Shown in pieces: positions 9,767 through 18,894 of a stretch of DNA of 41,527 nt. This DNA is from an uncultured Bacillota bacterium (GTDB lineage Bacteria > Bacillota_I > Bacilli_A > RF39 > UBA660). Under the pieces are notes generated by a model. That model searched no databases. It saw only the letters and a program-made list of their open reading frames with translations, and was not told where the DNA came from. Numbering within the stretch: position 1 is the first letter of the stretch; each line of letters opens with the position of its first letter. Location of the stretch: assembly GCA_900313725.1 (NCBI GenBank), contig OMSK01000024.1, positions 1 to 41,527 of the forward strand, read 5' to 3'. Position numbers and translations under genes: made by a program.

Positions 9767-10625
9767 AAAAAGAGCCCTAGGTATGGGATTAGAACAATTA
9801 TTTAATGGTGAAAATCTTGATTTAGAAGAAATGGAAAAAACTATATATGAAAATTCAACAAATGAAGAAATTGTTGAATTAAATCTAGATGATTTAAGAC
9901 CAAACCCATATCAACCAAGAAAAGTATTTGATGATGAAGCATTAAATGAATTATCTGAATCAATAAAAGAACATGGCGTATTTCAACCTATAATTGTTAA
10001 AAAAAGTATTAAAGGTTATGAAATAATAGCTGGTGAAAGAAGATATAGAGCTTCTAAATTAGCTGGACTTAAAACAATACCAGCAATTATAAGAGATTTT
10101 ACTGATTCGCAAATGATGGAAATTGCTCTTTTAGAAAATTTACAAAGAGAAAATTTAAATGTAATAGAAGAGGCAATAGCGTATAAATCTATGATAGAAA
10201 ATCTCGATTTAACTCAAGAACAATTATCAAAAAGAGTTGGTAAAAGTAGAAGCCATATTACAAATATTTTAGGATTACTTAGACTTCCTAAAGAAGTACA
10301 AAAACAAGTAATACAAGGAAATATTACTATGGGACATGCTAGAATGTTAAGTAAATTAGAAGATAATGACAAAATAATTGAACTAGCAAATAAAATAGTT
10401 AAAGAATCATTAACAGTTCGTGATATTGAAGATTTAGGTACAGAAGAAAAGAAGAAAAAACCTATAATAAAAAAAGAAACATCAAATGAATATAAATATG
10501 TTGAAGAAATGTTAAGAGATAAATTAGATACAAAGGTAAAAATTAAGGATTTAAAAATTCAAATATCATTTACAAATAATGCTGATTTAAATAGAATATT
10601 AGAAGTTTTAAATGTTAAGGAGTAA
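9756..10625 (+). CDS. parB: chromosome partitioning protein ParB/Spo0J
   Basis: ParB box (IIAGERRYRA), an HTH region (QEQLSKRVGKSRSHITN), and NPYQPRK. Confidence 0.93.
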   Translation: METKKRALGMGLEQLFNGENLDLEEMEKTIYENSTNEEIVELNLDDLRPNPYQPRKVFDDEALNELSESIKEHGVFQPIIVKKSIKGYEIIAGERRYRASKLAGLKTIPAIIRDFTDSQMMEIALLENLQRENLNVIEEAIAYKSMIENLDLTQEQLSKRVGKSRSHITNILGLLRLPKEVQKQVIQGNITMGHARMLSKLEDNDKIIELANKIVKESLTVRDIEDLGTEEKKKKPIIKKETSNEYKYVEEMLRDKLDTKVKIKDLKIQISFTNNADLNRILEVLNVKE

Positions 10626-10628
10626 TAT

Positions 10629-11432
10629 ATGGGAGAAATACTTGATGCTGTATTAGTTAAAGAGGTTATTTATCCAATAGTTATTATAATAGTTGGAATA
10701 CTTATTTATTTAGTAATAAGCAGTTCAATAAAAAGGGTATTCCGATTAAGAATAAATAAAATTGATAAAAGAAGAGCAAAAACTTTATGTAGTTTAATTA
10801 ACAATATATTAAAATATATTATCTTAATACTATGTGCTTTATCAATTTTAGAAGTATATAATATTTCTACAAAAGGAATTATTGCTTCACTAGGTGTTGC
10901 TGGATTAGTAGCAGGTTTAGCATTCCAAGATACTTTAAAAGATCTACTTGCTGGTTTTTCAATTATATTTGAAAATGCTTATGCTGTAGGAGATACAATA
11001 ACAGTTGGTAATTTTAAAGGTAAAGTTATTAGTTTAGGCCTTAAAACTACTAAAATACAAGCAATTAATGGGGATATTGAAATAATATCCAATAGTAATA
11101 TTACATCAGTTATTAATCATAGTTTAGATGATGCATATGAATTTATTGATATTCCTGTTTCATATGATGAAAATATAGAAAAAGTTGAAACAATACTAAA
11201 TAATATACTACAAGAAGAATTAAAAACTAATGAAGAAGTATTGGATGCTGATTTATTAGGAATAGAAAAATTAGATTCTTCTTCAATTAATTTTAGATTA
11301 AGAATTAAAACCCATTCTATGAAACAATATGATGTTAGAAGAACTATTTTAAAACATGTTAAACAAGAATTTAATAAAAATAATATAAATATACCTTATA
11401 ATCAAGTGGTGGTACATAATGCAAGAGTATAA
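10629..11432 (+). CDS. small-conductance mechanosensitive channel (MscS family)
   Basis: Three N-terminal TM segments, then an MscS beta-domain signature (GDTITVGNFKGKVISLGLKTTKIQ..GD...I.N). Confidence 0.85.
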   Translation: MGEILDAVLVKEVIYPIVIIIVGILIYLVISSSIKRVFRLRINKIDKRRAKTLCSLINNILKYIILILCALSILEVYNISTKGIIASLGVAGLVAGLAFQDTLKDLLAGFSIIFENAYAVGDTITVGNFKGKVISLGLKTTKIQAINGDIEIISNSNITSVINHSLDDAYEFIDIPVSYDENIEKVETILNNILQEELKTNEEVLDADLLGIEKLDSSSINFRLRIKTHSMKQYDVRRTILKHVKQEFNKNNINIPYNQVVVHNARV

Positions 11433-11601
11433 ATTAGGAAGCACTGTAATAATGAAAAAACCTCATCCATGTGGAACAAATGAATGGGAAATTATTAGAG
11501 TAGGTGCAGATATTAAAATTAAATGTAAAAATTGTGGTAGAAGTATAATGATGCCTCGAATAGAGTTTAATAAAAAACTTAAGAAAGTTATAGATTTGTA
11601 G
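11419..11601 (+). CDS. DUF951-family small zinc-ribbon protein (YyzM-like)
   Basis: 60 aa with KKPHPCG...KCKNCGR (a CxxG.../CxxC pair). The family is typically found near parAB in Bacillota. Overlaps mscS by 14 nt. Confidence 0.8.
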   Translation: MQEYKLGSTVIMKKPHPCGTNEWEIIRVGADIKIKCKNCGRSIMMPRIEFNKKLKKVIDL

Positions 11602-11609
11602 GAGGAATT

Positions 11610-13130
11610 ATGAAAAAAAATAAGAAAAAAAATGTTAGGGGAGCAGTATCTACATTACTAACATTAACTATTATTATTTCAATTGCAAGTTTAGTTTTAT
11701 CATTAATAGGATTTCAAGGAAATAAAACTTACATTGGTAATGGAAATCTTGAAACTTCATTAGTAGTAGTTAAAAATGTAATTAGTATTGATGGTATTAA
11801 ATATATTGTCGGTAATGTTGTTACTAACTTTATTAATTTTAAACCACTTGCTATACTTGTTATATCATTAGTAGGTATAGGTATACTAGAAAAAAGTGGT
11901 TTATTAAATGCTATGTTCTTTAAATTAAAGAATGTTAAATTTGAAATAGTAGTATTCTTTACTTTATTTTTAGGTATTATATCATCTTTTATAGGTGAAT
12001 ATAGTTATATGTTTTTGATACCATTTATTGCTTTAATGTATAAATACTTAAATAGAAATCCAATATTAGGAATTCTTACAGTATTTATTGGTATTACATT
12101 GGGTTATGGAACAGGTTTAATATTTAATTATGATGATTATCAATTAGGTATGTTAACACAAAATGCTGCAACATTAGATGTTGATAAAAGTTATGAATAT
12201 CATTTATTTTCAAATATTTATATTATGATATTCTTAACATTCTTATTAACATTTATTGGAACAATGGTAATAAAAAGATTCTTATTTACTAAATTTCCTA
12301 AGAAACAAATAAATGAAGAAGAAGAATTAAATATATCAAAAAAAGGATTTATATTAGCAAGTGTAACCGCATTAATAGGTATTTTACTTGTTGTATATAT
12401 GATATTAGATATTAAATTACCAGGTGCTGGAATATTACTTGATACAAATAGTAAAAGCTATATAGAAAAACTATTTGGTAGTAATTCACCATTTAGAGAA
12501 GGAATTGTATTTATTATAACATTCATTATGATGGCATCTGGATTTGTATATGGAAAAATATCTAAAAATATTAAAAATAGTCATGAGTATAGTTTAGGTT
12601 TATCAAAAAGTTTTGAAAATCTTGGATTTGTATTTGTATTAATGTTCTTTACATCTGTAATGATATCAATTGTTGATTGGACTAATATAGGAGTAGTAAT
12701 AAGTTCAAACTTAGTAGACTTCTTAAGCTCAGTATCATTATCAGGATTACCATTAATTATAATATTTATGTTTGTAGTTATATTAATGAGTATATTAATA
12801 CCAAGCACATTAACTAAATGGGAATTACTTTCACCAACTGTAATACCATTATTTATGAGAGCAAACATAACTCCAGATTTTACACAATTTATATTTAAGG
12901 TGGCAGATGGAATTGGAAAATGTATAACACCATTCTTTATTTACTTTATTATAATGATAGCATTCCTAGAAAAATATAGAAAAGATGAAAAACAACAAAT
13001 AAGTTTATTTGGAACACTTAAGTTAATATTACCAGTAATTTTAATGCTAAGTTTAGTTATGATTTTATTTGTTGTATTATGGTATGTAATAGGAATTCCA
13101 ATAGGAATTGGTACAACTTCAACAATATAA
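11610..13130 (+). CDS. AbgT-family transporter (p-aminobenzoyl-glutamate/antimetabolite efflux family)
   Basis: 506-aa polytopic protein. The stretches VVVKNVISIDGIKYIVGNVVTNFINFKPLAILV..EKSGLL and C-terminal WYVIGIPIG align by eye with E. coli AbgT. Confidence 0.87.
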   Translation: MKKNKKKNVRGAVSTLLTLTIIISIASLVLSLIGFQGNKTYIGNGNLETSLVVVKNVISIDGIKYIVGNVVTNFINFKPLAILVISLVGIGILEKSGLLNAMFFKLKNVKFEIVVFFTLFLGIISSFIGEYSYMFLIPFIALMYKYLNRNPILGILTVFIGITLGYGTGLIFNYDDYQLGMLTQNAATLDVDKSYEYHLFSNIYIMIFLTFLLTFIGTMVIKRFLFTKFPKKQINEEEELNISKKGFILASVTALIGILLVVYMILDIKLPGAGILLDTNSKSYIEKLFGSNSPFREGIVFIITFIMMASGFVYGKISKNIKNSHEYSLGLSKSFENLGFVFVLMFFTSVMISIVDWTNIGVVISSNLVDFLSSVSLSGLPLIIIFMFVVILMSILIPSTLTKWELLSPTVIPLFMRANITPDFTQFIFKVADGIGKCITPFFIYFIIMIAFLEKYRKDEKQQISLFGTLKLILPVILMLSLVMILFVVLWYVIGIPIGIGTTSTI

Positions 13131-13131
13131 T

Positions 13132-13161
13132 AAAAAAGACTTTAAAAAAAGTCTTTTTTTT
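13132..13161 (+). terminator. intrinsic terminator after the abgT-family gene
   Basis: Stem AAAAAAGACT/AGTCTTTTTT followed by T-rich sequence. Confidence 0.8.
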
Positions 13162-13181
13162 AGTATAATATAGTAGGTGGT

Positions 13182-13865
13182 ATGATGGAAAAAGATAATT
13201 TAAAATTGTATGTTGATTTAATGAATAGATATGATGAAGAAACAAAACTAGGTATGACTATGGTTTTTAATAGTGATGAAAAAAACCTATTAAGTTATAT
13301 GAAAAAAATAGCTATTAAAGATAAAGAAGCAAATAAGTTTTTAAATAGTTTAACAACTATGAGTCCTGAGGAAAGGGAACAAGCTGTAGAAGATTATTTT
13401 AAAGAAGAAGATAAAGATATTATAATAACATTAGATGATGTTAAAGATTATAAAGAAGAAATTGCTAACAAGTCAAAAGAAGACCAAAATAAATTAAACT
13501 ATTTAATTAATAACTATAATAAACTAAAAATAAAAGGAATATGGCTATCTGATTTAAAATATATTGATGAAAATGATGAAGTAAAAGATATTGATTTAAA
13601 GAAAATTGCTAAAGAAGAAGAAAAGGAAGAAATAAAAGAATATAAATCAAGAACAGATAGAAATTATGATGAATTAAAAGACATAGATGAAGAAGATGAA
13701 GAAATAATATTACCTGTAAAAAAAGAAACAACAAAATCAACAAAGAAACCTGTAAAAAAGGAAAATACAAAAGCTGAATATTTTAAAGCAAGTGCACTAT
13801 TTTTATCAACTGCTTTAGTTGGTGTAGTTCTTGCTATTGTAGCTTTGCTATTTATAAAAAAATAA
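13182..13865 (+). CDS. hypothetical acidic, C-terminally membrane-anchored protein
   Basis: 227 aa and E/K/D-rich, with a single C-terminal hydrophobic helix (ALFLSTALVGVVLAIVALLFI). AGGTGG SD at 13175-13180; the start may be the second ATG at 13185. Confidence 0.62.
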   Translation: MMEKDNLKLYVDLMNRYDEETKLGMTMVFNSDEKNLLSYMKKIAIKDKEANKFLNSLTTMSPEEREQAVEDYFKEEDKDIIITLDDVKDYKEEIANKSKEDQNKLNYLINNYNKLKIKGIWLSDLKYIDENDEVKDIDLKKIAKEEEKEEIKEYKSRTDRNYDELKDIDEEDEEIILPVKKETTKSTKKPVKKENTKAEYFKASALFLSTALVGVVLAIVALLFIKK

Positions 13866-13881
13866 TGAATAATAATATATA

Positions 13882-13915
13882 AAATTGCCATTATTAAATA
13901 GGAGGCAATTTTTTT
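13882..13915 (+). terminator. terminator-like hairpin containing the spoIIR SD
   Basis: Stem AAATTGCC (13882-13889) / GGCAATTT (13904-13911), then a T-run up to the ATG at 13916. The AGGAGG SD (13899-13904) lies in the loop and 3' arm. Confidence 0.55.
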
Positions 13916-14428
13916 ATGAAAAAGATTCTTATTTTATTAATATTATCATACCTTTTATTTATATCAAATGTTAAATCAAAAGAAATAACTATACCGAAAG
14001 AAGCAATTAGATTAAGAGTAATTGCAAATAGTAATAGTGAATATGATCAACAAATAAAAATGAAATTAAGTGTTAAAATTAATAAAAAAATTACAGAATT
14101 AATTGGTAATACTAAAGATATAAATAAAGCAAAAAAAATAATAAAAGACAATATCAATTATTTAAATAATTACATAAATGATTATTTAGAAAAAGAAAAT
14201 TATAATTTAAATTATACTATTATTTATGGTGAAAATTATTTTCCAAATAAAATATATAATGGTATAACATATAATGAAGGATTATATGAATCATTGGTAA
14301 TTACCTTAGGAAAAGGAAATGGTAAAAATTGGTGGTGTGTTTTATTTCCACCATTATGTTTAATAGAAGAAGAAGATAATAATAATTATAAGTTCTTTGT
14401 AAAAGAACTATTAGATAAATATTTTTAG
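13916..14428 (+). CDS. spoIIR: stage II sporulation protein R
   Basis: Signal peptide, then IRLRVIANSNS..DQ..K and C-terminal NWWCVLFPPLC, which are hallmark SpoIIR motifs. Confidence 0.9.
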   Translation: MKKILILLILSYLLFISNVKSKEITIPKEAIRLRVIANSNSEYDQQIKMKLSVKINKKITELIGNTKDINKAKKIIKDNINYLNNYINDYLEKENYNLNYTIIYGENYFPNKIYNGITYNEGLYESLVITLGKGNGKNWWCVLFPPLCLIEEEDNNNYKFFVKELLDKYF

Positions 14429-14441
14429 TATAAATGATTAA

Positions 14442-14472
14442 ACCTCTAATATTATTAATTAGAGGTGTTTTT
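14442..14472 (+). terminator. intrinsic terminator after spoIIR, embedding the next SD
   Basis: 9-bp stem ACCTCTAAT/ATTAGAGGT plus GTTTTT. The 3' arm contains the AGAGGT SD for the ATG at 14473. Confidence 0.65.
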
Positions 14473-14994
14473 ATGTTAGCAATCCTTGTAATAGCGGTAA
14501 GTTTAAGTATGGATGCCTTTTCATTATCTTTAGTATATGGAACTTTAAATTTAGAAAAAAAGACAATAATACTACAATCATTAATAGTAGGCTTATTTCA
14601 TTTTTTTATGCCTAGAATTGGAATTTATGTAGGTGATAAAATATTTAAAATAATACCTATAAATCCAAATATAATAGTATTTATAGTATTATTTATAATT
14701 GGTTTACAAATGATACTGGAATCATTTAAAGAAGAAAAAATAAAAAAAATAAATATATTTGAAATGATTATATTTGGATTTGCTGTTAGTATTGATAGTT
14801 TTTCTTTAGGACTTGGTATTAAAACTATATATCCAAATGTTTTAGTATCTACAACAATATGCATGATAGTAAGTTTTATATTTACATATTTTGGATTAAT
14901 AATTGGTAAAAAAGTAAATGGCATAATTGGTAAAGTATCTACAATAATTGGGGGAATTATCCTTGTATTTATTGGACTAATCTATATTGTATAA
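14473..14994 (+). CDS. MntP/YtaF-family membrane protein (sporulation membrane protein YtaF-like or Mn efflux)
   Basis: Repeated SxDAF/SIDSF motifs (VSLSMDAFSLS and AVSIDSFSLG) in a 6-TM protein. The track start at 14434 lies inside the upstream terminator hairpin, so ATG 14473 is preferred. Confidence 0.78.
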   Translation: MLAILVIAVSLSMDAFSLSLVYGTLNLEKKTIILQSLIVGLFHFFMPRIGIYVGDKIFKIIPINPNIIVFIVLFIIGLQMILESFKEEKIKKINIFEMIIFGFAVSIDSFSLGLGIKTIYPNVLVSTTICMIVSFIFTYFGLIIGKKVNGIIGKVSTIIGGIILVFIGLIYIV

Positions 14995-15040
14995 CTTTAC
15001 AATTGTATAAAAAAAATATATAATTATAGTAGGTGGTTTT

Positions 15041-15859
15041 ATGATAGTAAATTCAAATGATATACTTATTAAAGCTAAAAAAAATAAAATAGCTATTCCA
15101 CATTTTAATATTAATAATTTAGAGTGGACTAAATATATATTAGAAGAATGTAATAATAATAATTCACCTGTAATATTAGGGGTTAGCGAAGGTGCAATTA
15201 AATATATGGGGGGTACTAAGACAGTTGCTAATTTAGTAAAATCTTTAGATGAAGAACTAAAAATAAAAGTACCTGTTGTAATACATTTGGATCATGGTAG
15301 TAGTGTAGAAATGTGTAAACAGGCAATAGATGATGGATTTACATCTGTAATGATAGATGCATCTTTATATTCTTTGGAAGAAAATATTAAAATGACTAAA
15401 AAAGTAGTTGAATATGCAGAAAAATATTCAGTATCCGTTGAGGCTGAACTAGGTCATATAGGTGATACAAATTATACAGATGTAGATGAAGCAATTAGAT
15501 TTGTTAAAGAAACCAATATTGATTCATTAGCACCTGCAATAGGAACAGTGCATGGTGTTTATAAATCAAAACCAAATTTAGATATTGAATTATGTAGTAA
15601 ATTAAGTAAAGATATTTCGATTCCATTAGTATTGCATGGTGGATCAGGATTAGATAATTTAGCATTAAAAAAAGTAATTAAAGCTGGAATATGTAAGGTT
15701 AATATAAATACGGAATTACAAATAGTTTGGAGTAATGCAGTAAAAAAATTCTTGTTAGAAAATGGTACTGCTTATGATCCAAGAAAAATAATATCTTCTG
15801 GTGAAAAAGCAATAAAAAAAGTAATAAGAAATAAAATTAGTGTTCTTAGTAGCAATTAG
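15041..15859 (+). CDS. fba: class II fructose/ketose-bisphosphate aldolase
   Basis: HLDHG zinc ligand motif, AELGHIG, VHGVYK and LHGGSG motifs. Confidence 0.9.
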   Translation: MIVNSNDILIKAKKNKIAIPHFNINNLEWTKYILEECNNNNSPVILGVSEGAIKYMGGTKTVANLVKSLDEELKIKVPVVIHLDHGSSVEMCKQAIDDGFTSVMIDASLYSLEENIKMTKKVVEYAEKYSVSVEAELGHIGDTNYTDVDEAIRFVKETNIDSLAPAIGTVHGVYKSKPNLDIELCSKLSKDISIPLVLHGGSGLDNLALKKVIKAGICKVNINTELQIVWSNAVKKFLLENGTAYDPRKIISSGEKAIKKVIRNKISVLSSN

Positions 15860-15893
15860 ACTAATTAATCATACTAATAAGTAGGAGGAGTAT

Positions 15894-17147
15894 ATGAAAC
15901 AAATAAAGATACAAGGTGGAAATATATTAAGTGGAACAATAAATATAAGTGGAGCAAAAAATAGTGCAGTTGCATTAGTACCTGCTTCATTACTTTCAGA
16001 TGAAGAGGTAAAAATAGATAATATACCAAATATTTCTGATATTGATGCATTAAATGAAATACTTGAATATTTAGGAGCAGATGTAAAAAGAGATGGTTCT
16101 TTAATGACTATTAATTCTCGTAATATTCATAATAAAGAAATACCAGAAACAATTTCAAAAAAATTAAGAGCATCATATTATTTTATGTCATCTTTATTAG
16201 GTAAATATAAGCATGTAGAAATGTATTTTCCTGGTGGATGTTCTATAGGAGCTAGACCAATTGATCAAACATTAAAAACATTTAGAGCATTAGGGGCAAC
16301 AGTAATAGAAGATGGTAATAAATTTACTATAGATGCAGATAGATTGATTGGAACAACAATAGAATTAGATATGCCAAGTGTTGGAGCAACAATTAATACA
16401 TTGCTTGTTGCTGCAAGGGCAGAAGGAGAAACTATATTAAAAAATGCAGCAAAAGAACCAGAAATAGTAAGTGTAGCTACTTTTTTAAATCAAATGGGTG
16501 CGAAAATTATAGGAGCAGGAACAAGTGAAATTCATATTGAAGGTGTTGATTATCTAGGTAGCTGTTTTACAGAAGTAATACCTGATAGAATAGAAGCCGG
16601 GACATATTTAATTGCTGGTGCTTTAATAGGAGAAAATTTAACAATTAAAAATATGATTCCAGAACATATTTCATCATTAACATCAAAATTAAAAGAAGCT
16701 GGATTTAAAATGAATATTGGTAGAGATTATATCACTATTTCTAAATCAGATAATTTAAAACCAATTAAAATAAAAACATTAGGTTATCCTGGATTTCCAA
16801 CAGATTTACAACAACCTATAACAACACTTCTTACTCAAATAGAAGGCTCATCTTCATTGGAAGAAACAATATATGAAAATAGATTTCAAAATGTTCCATA
16901 TTTAAATCAAATGGGAGCTAACATCGAAATAAGAAATAGAACAATAGTAGTTAAAGGAAAAACAAAATTAGTTGGAACAGCTGTAGAAGCAACAGATTTA
17001 AGAGCAGGTGCATGTCTAGTATTAGCAGGCTTAATTGCCGAGGGGGAAACTACTATTAAAGAAATAAAACATGTTTTAAGAGGTTATGAAAATATAATAG
17101 AAAAATTAGAATCAGTGGGTGCTAAGATAAAATTAGAAGAAGTATAA
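15894..17147 (+). CDS. murA: UDP-N-acetylglucosamine 1-carboxyvinyltransferase
   Basis: ISGAKNS N-terminal motif, active-site loop PGGCSIGARPID (Cys retained), GFPTDLQ and LRAG motifs. Confidence 0.96.
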   Translation: MKQIKIQGGNILSGTINISGAKNSAVALVPASLLSDEEVKIDNIPNISDIDALNEILEYLGADVKRDGSLMTINSRNIHNKEIPETISKKLRASYYFMSSLLGKYKHVEMYFPGGCSIGARPIDQTLKTFRALGATVIEDGNKFTIDADRLIGTTIELDMPSVGATINTLLVAARAEGETILKNAAKEPEIVSVATFLNQMGAKIIGAGTSEIHIEGVDYLGSCFTEVIPDRIEAGTYLIAGALIGENLTIKNMIPEHISSLTSKLKEAGFKMNIGRDYITISKSDNLKPIKIKTLGYPGFPTDLQQPITTLLTQIEGSSSLEETIYENRFQNVPYLNQMGANIEIRNRTIVVKGKTKLVGTAVEATDLRAGACLVLAGLIAEGETTIKEIKHVLRGYENIIEKLESVGAKIKLEEV

Positions 17148-17162
17148 TACTTCTTTTTTTTA
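17136..17162 (+). terminator. intrinsic terminator after murA
   Basis: GAAGAAG.../CTTCTT stem overlapping the stop, followed by T8. Confidence 0.7.
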
Positions 17163-17163
17163 T

Positions 17164-17187
17164 AAAAAAATAGTATTTCTACTATTT
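17164..17187 (-). terminator. intrinsic terminator of the minus-strand gene 17182..17502
   Basis: Stem AAATAGTA/TACTATTT with loop TTTC. The A7 on the + strand reads as a T-run on the - strand; the stem overlaps the stop codon. Confidence 0.65.
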
Positions 17188-17502
17188 AGTTTTTACCTTT
17201 GGTTTATCTATATTTTCAACAATCAGATTTCTTTCTAATAAATTTCTTTTGTATTCTTCGTATATTTTTTTATTTAACAATGTAGTGGCACATCCAGTAG
17301 TAGCTAATAAATTTATAATTGGTGTTGCTAAAAGTAAAGTTTCCGTTGAATAATCAACTATTTCATTACCAACACTTTTAGTTTTATTAACATATTCATA
17401 TCCATCTTTTTCTATTTTATTATGAATTGTTTTATTAAGAAAATCATATGCAATATAATTAACAACGCAAAAACCTAAATATTTTTTTGCTCTTATTTTC
17501 AT
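17182..17502 (-). CDS. hypothetical protein (106 aa)
   Basis: Strong SD on the minus strand (TAGGAGGGTTAAT-ATG) and its own terminator; no family recognised. Confidence 0.6.
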   Translation of the reverse strand: MKIRAKKYLGFCVVNYIAYDFLNKTIHNKIEKDGYEYVNKTKSVGNEIVDYSTETLLLATPIINLLATTGCATTLLNKKIYEEYKRNLLERNLIVENIDKPKVKTK

Positions 17503-17598
17503 ATTAACCCTCCTAAACTAAATATATGATATCTAATTATATTTATAATGTCAAGGCATTAAAAATAATAATAAAAATATAATTAAGTAGGTGATTAT

Positions 17599-18183
17599 AT
17601 GAAAATAAAAATGTTTTTGTTTTTAGTATTAACAGTATTATTTGTTTTTTTAATAAATTTATCAAATCAAGACAAAGAAATATATTATTTAAATATTGAT
17701 ACAACTAATTCACTATCTTATGATAAAGAAATTTATCATAAACTAAAAAATAATAATAAATTAGAAAAATATATAAATATTTTCTCAAAAAAAGATTATC
17801 GTACTACTGATTTAATAAATGATATAAATAATAATAAAGAAGTAAATAATCAAACTATACAAAATGCATTAATTAAAGCAGATATATTAACTTTATATGT
17901 AGGAATTAATGATTTAAATTATAAAATAAATAGTAGTAAAGAAGAATTATATGAATATACAGATCAGGTACTAGAAGATATAGAAAAATTATTAAAACTA
18001 ATAAGAATATACTGTAAAGAAAAAATATATGTAATTGGATATAAAAATAATAAAGGTGTATCTTATGATGAGTATTTTAAATATGTAAATAAGATAATAA
18101 AATCGATTTGTGATGAATATAATATAATATTTATTGATATAAATAATAATGAAAATATCATTGATAAAATATTTTCTAAATGA
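17599..18183 (+). CDS. hypothetical exported protein, possibly a degenerate SGNH/GDSL-hydrolase fold
   Basis: N-terminal signal or anchor. There is a GxND-like block (YVGINDL), but no clear GDS nucleophile block or DxxH block. Confidence 0.45.
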   Translation: MKIKMFLFLVLTVLFVFLINLSNQDKEIYYLNIDTTNSLSYDKEIYHKLKNNNKLEKYINIFSKKDYRTTDLINDINNNKEVNNQTIQNALIKADILTLYVGINDLNYKINSSKEELYEYTDQVLEDIEKLLKLIRIYCKEKIYVIGYKNNKGVSYDEYFKYVNKIIKSICDEYNIIFIDINNNENIIDKIFSK

Positions 18184-18206
18184 TATAATGATAAAGAGGT
18201 GAAATT

Positions 18207-18860
18207 ATGGAAAATACAAGTTCAAAAATAATGTCTAAGGTATTTTTATGGATGTTTATTGGTTTAGCAGTAACATTTGTAACTGGTAGATTAATTGCTA
18301 ATAATCCAGAAGCTATTGAAGAAATATTTACAGGAAGTAAAGTAATTATACTAGCAATCATAGAATTAGTATTAGTTATATGGTTATCAGCTAGAATACA
18401 AAAAATGAGTGCTACGAGCGCTAAAATATTATTTATAATTTATTCTTTTGTAACAGGATTAACATTTTCATCAATATTTATTGTTTATGAAATTGAATCA
18501 ATTATTTATGTATTTTTAGCTACATCACTTATTATGCTTATATTTGCTTTATTGGGATATTTTACAAAAATTGATTTAACAAAATTAGGAACATTCTTAT
18601 TTATGGCAATAATTGGTATTCTAATAATGGGAATAATTAGTATATTTGTAAATAGCGAATCATTCTCACTTGGTATAGCTATTGCTTCAGTAGTTGTATT
18701 CATTGGATTTATAGCGTTTGATGTCCAAAAAATTAAAAAAATGTATGAATATAATATGATACCAGAAGAAAATTTAGCAATCTATGGTGCTTTACAATTA
18801 TACTTAGATTTTATTAATATTTTTATTGATTTATTAAAAATTTTCGGTAGAGATAATTAA
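18207..18860 (+). CDS. BAX inhibitor-1/YccA (YetJ-like) family membrane protein
   Basis: 217-aa, 7-TM protein with a C-terminal GALQLYLDFINIF..LL motif typical of the BI-1 family. Confidence 0.87.
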   Translation: MENTSSKIMSKVFLWMFIGLAVTFVTGRLIANNPEAIEEIFTGSKVIILAIIELVLVIWLSARIQKMSATSAKILFIIYSFVTGLTFSSIFIVYEIESIIYVFLATSLIMLIFALLGYFTKIDLTKLGTFLFMAIIGILIMGIISIFVNSESFSLGIAIASVVVFIGFIAFDVQKIKKMYEYNMIPEENLAIYGALQLYLDFINIFIDLLKIFGRDN

Positions 18861-18865
18861 AATAC

Positions 18866-18894
18866 TTGCATTTATTAAAAAAGCTTGCTATAAT
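18866..18894 (+). promoter_or_regulatory. sigma-A-type promoter of rpmE
   Basis: -35 TTGCAT (18866-18871), 17-nt spacer, extended -10 TGC-TATAAT (18886-18894). Confidence 0.6.

Noticed and set aside
8874-10625. parS site or DnaA-box cluster (origin region) near parAB.
   Set aside because: Scanning by eye found no TGTTNCACGTGAAACA-like palindrome. The only CACGTG core, at about 29726, has non-matching flanks. No TTATCCACA cluster was found either. A computational scan allowing 2-3 mismatches would be needed to be sure.
12581-13245. Minus-strand ORFs 12581..12868 and 13057..13245, over the abgT-family gene and its terminator.
   Set aside because: They are antisense to a clearly homologous transporter gene. 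The second spans a terminator hairpin and the next gene's start, and neither has a translation signal.
13664-13891. 75-aa minus-strand ORF.
   Set aside because: It is antisense to the 3' end of 13182..13865, has a repetitive S/F composition, and has no SD.
14625-14924. 99-aa minus-strand ORF.
   Set aside because: It is antisense to the MntP/YtaF-family gene, whose sense frame has the family motifs.
18176-18703. Minus-strand ORFs 18176..18361 and 18506..18703.
   Set aside because: They are antisense shadows of the BI-1 family gene.
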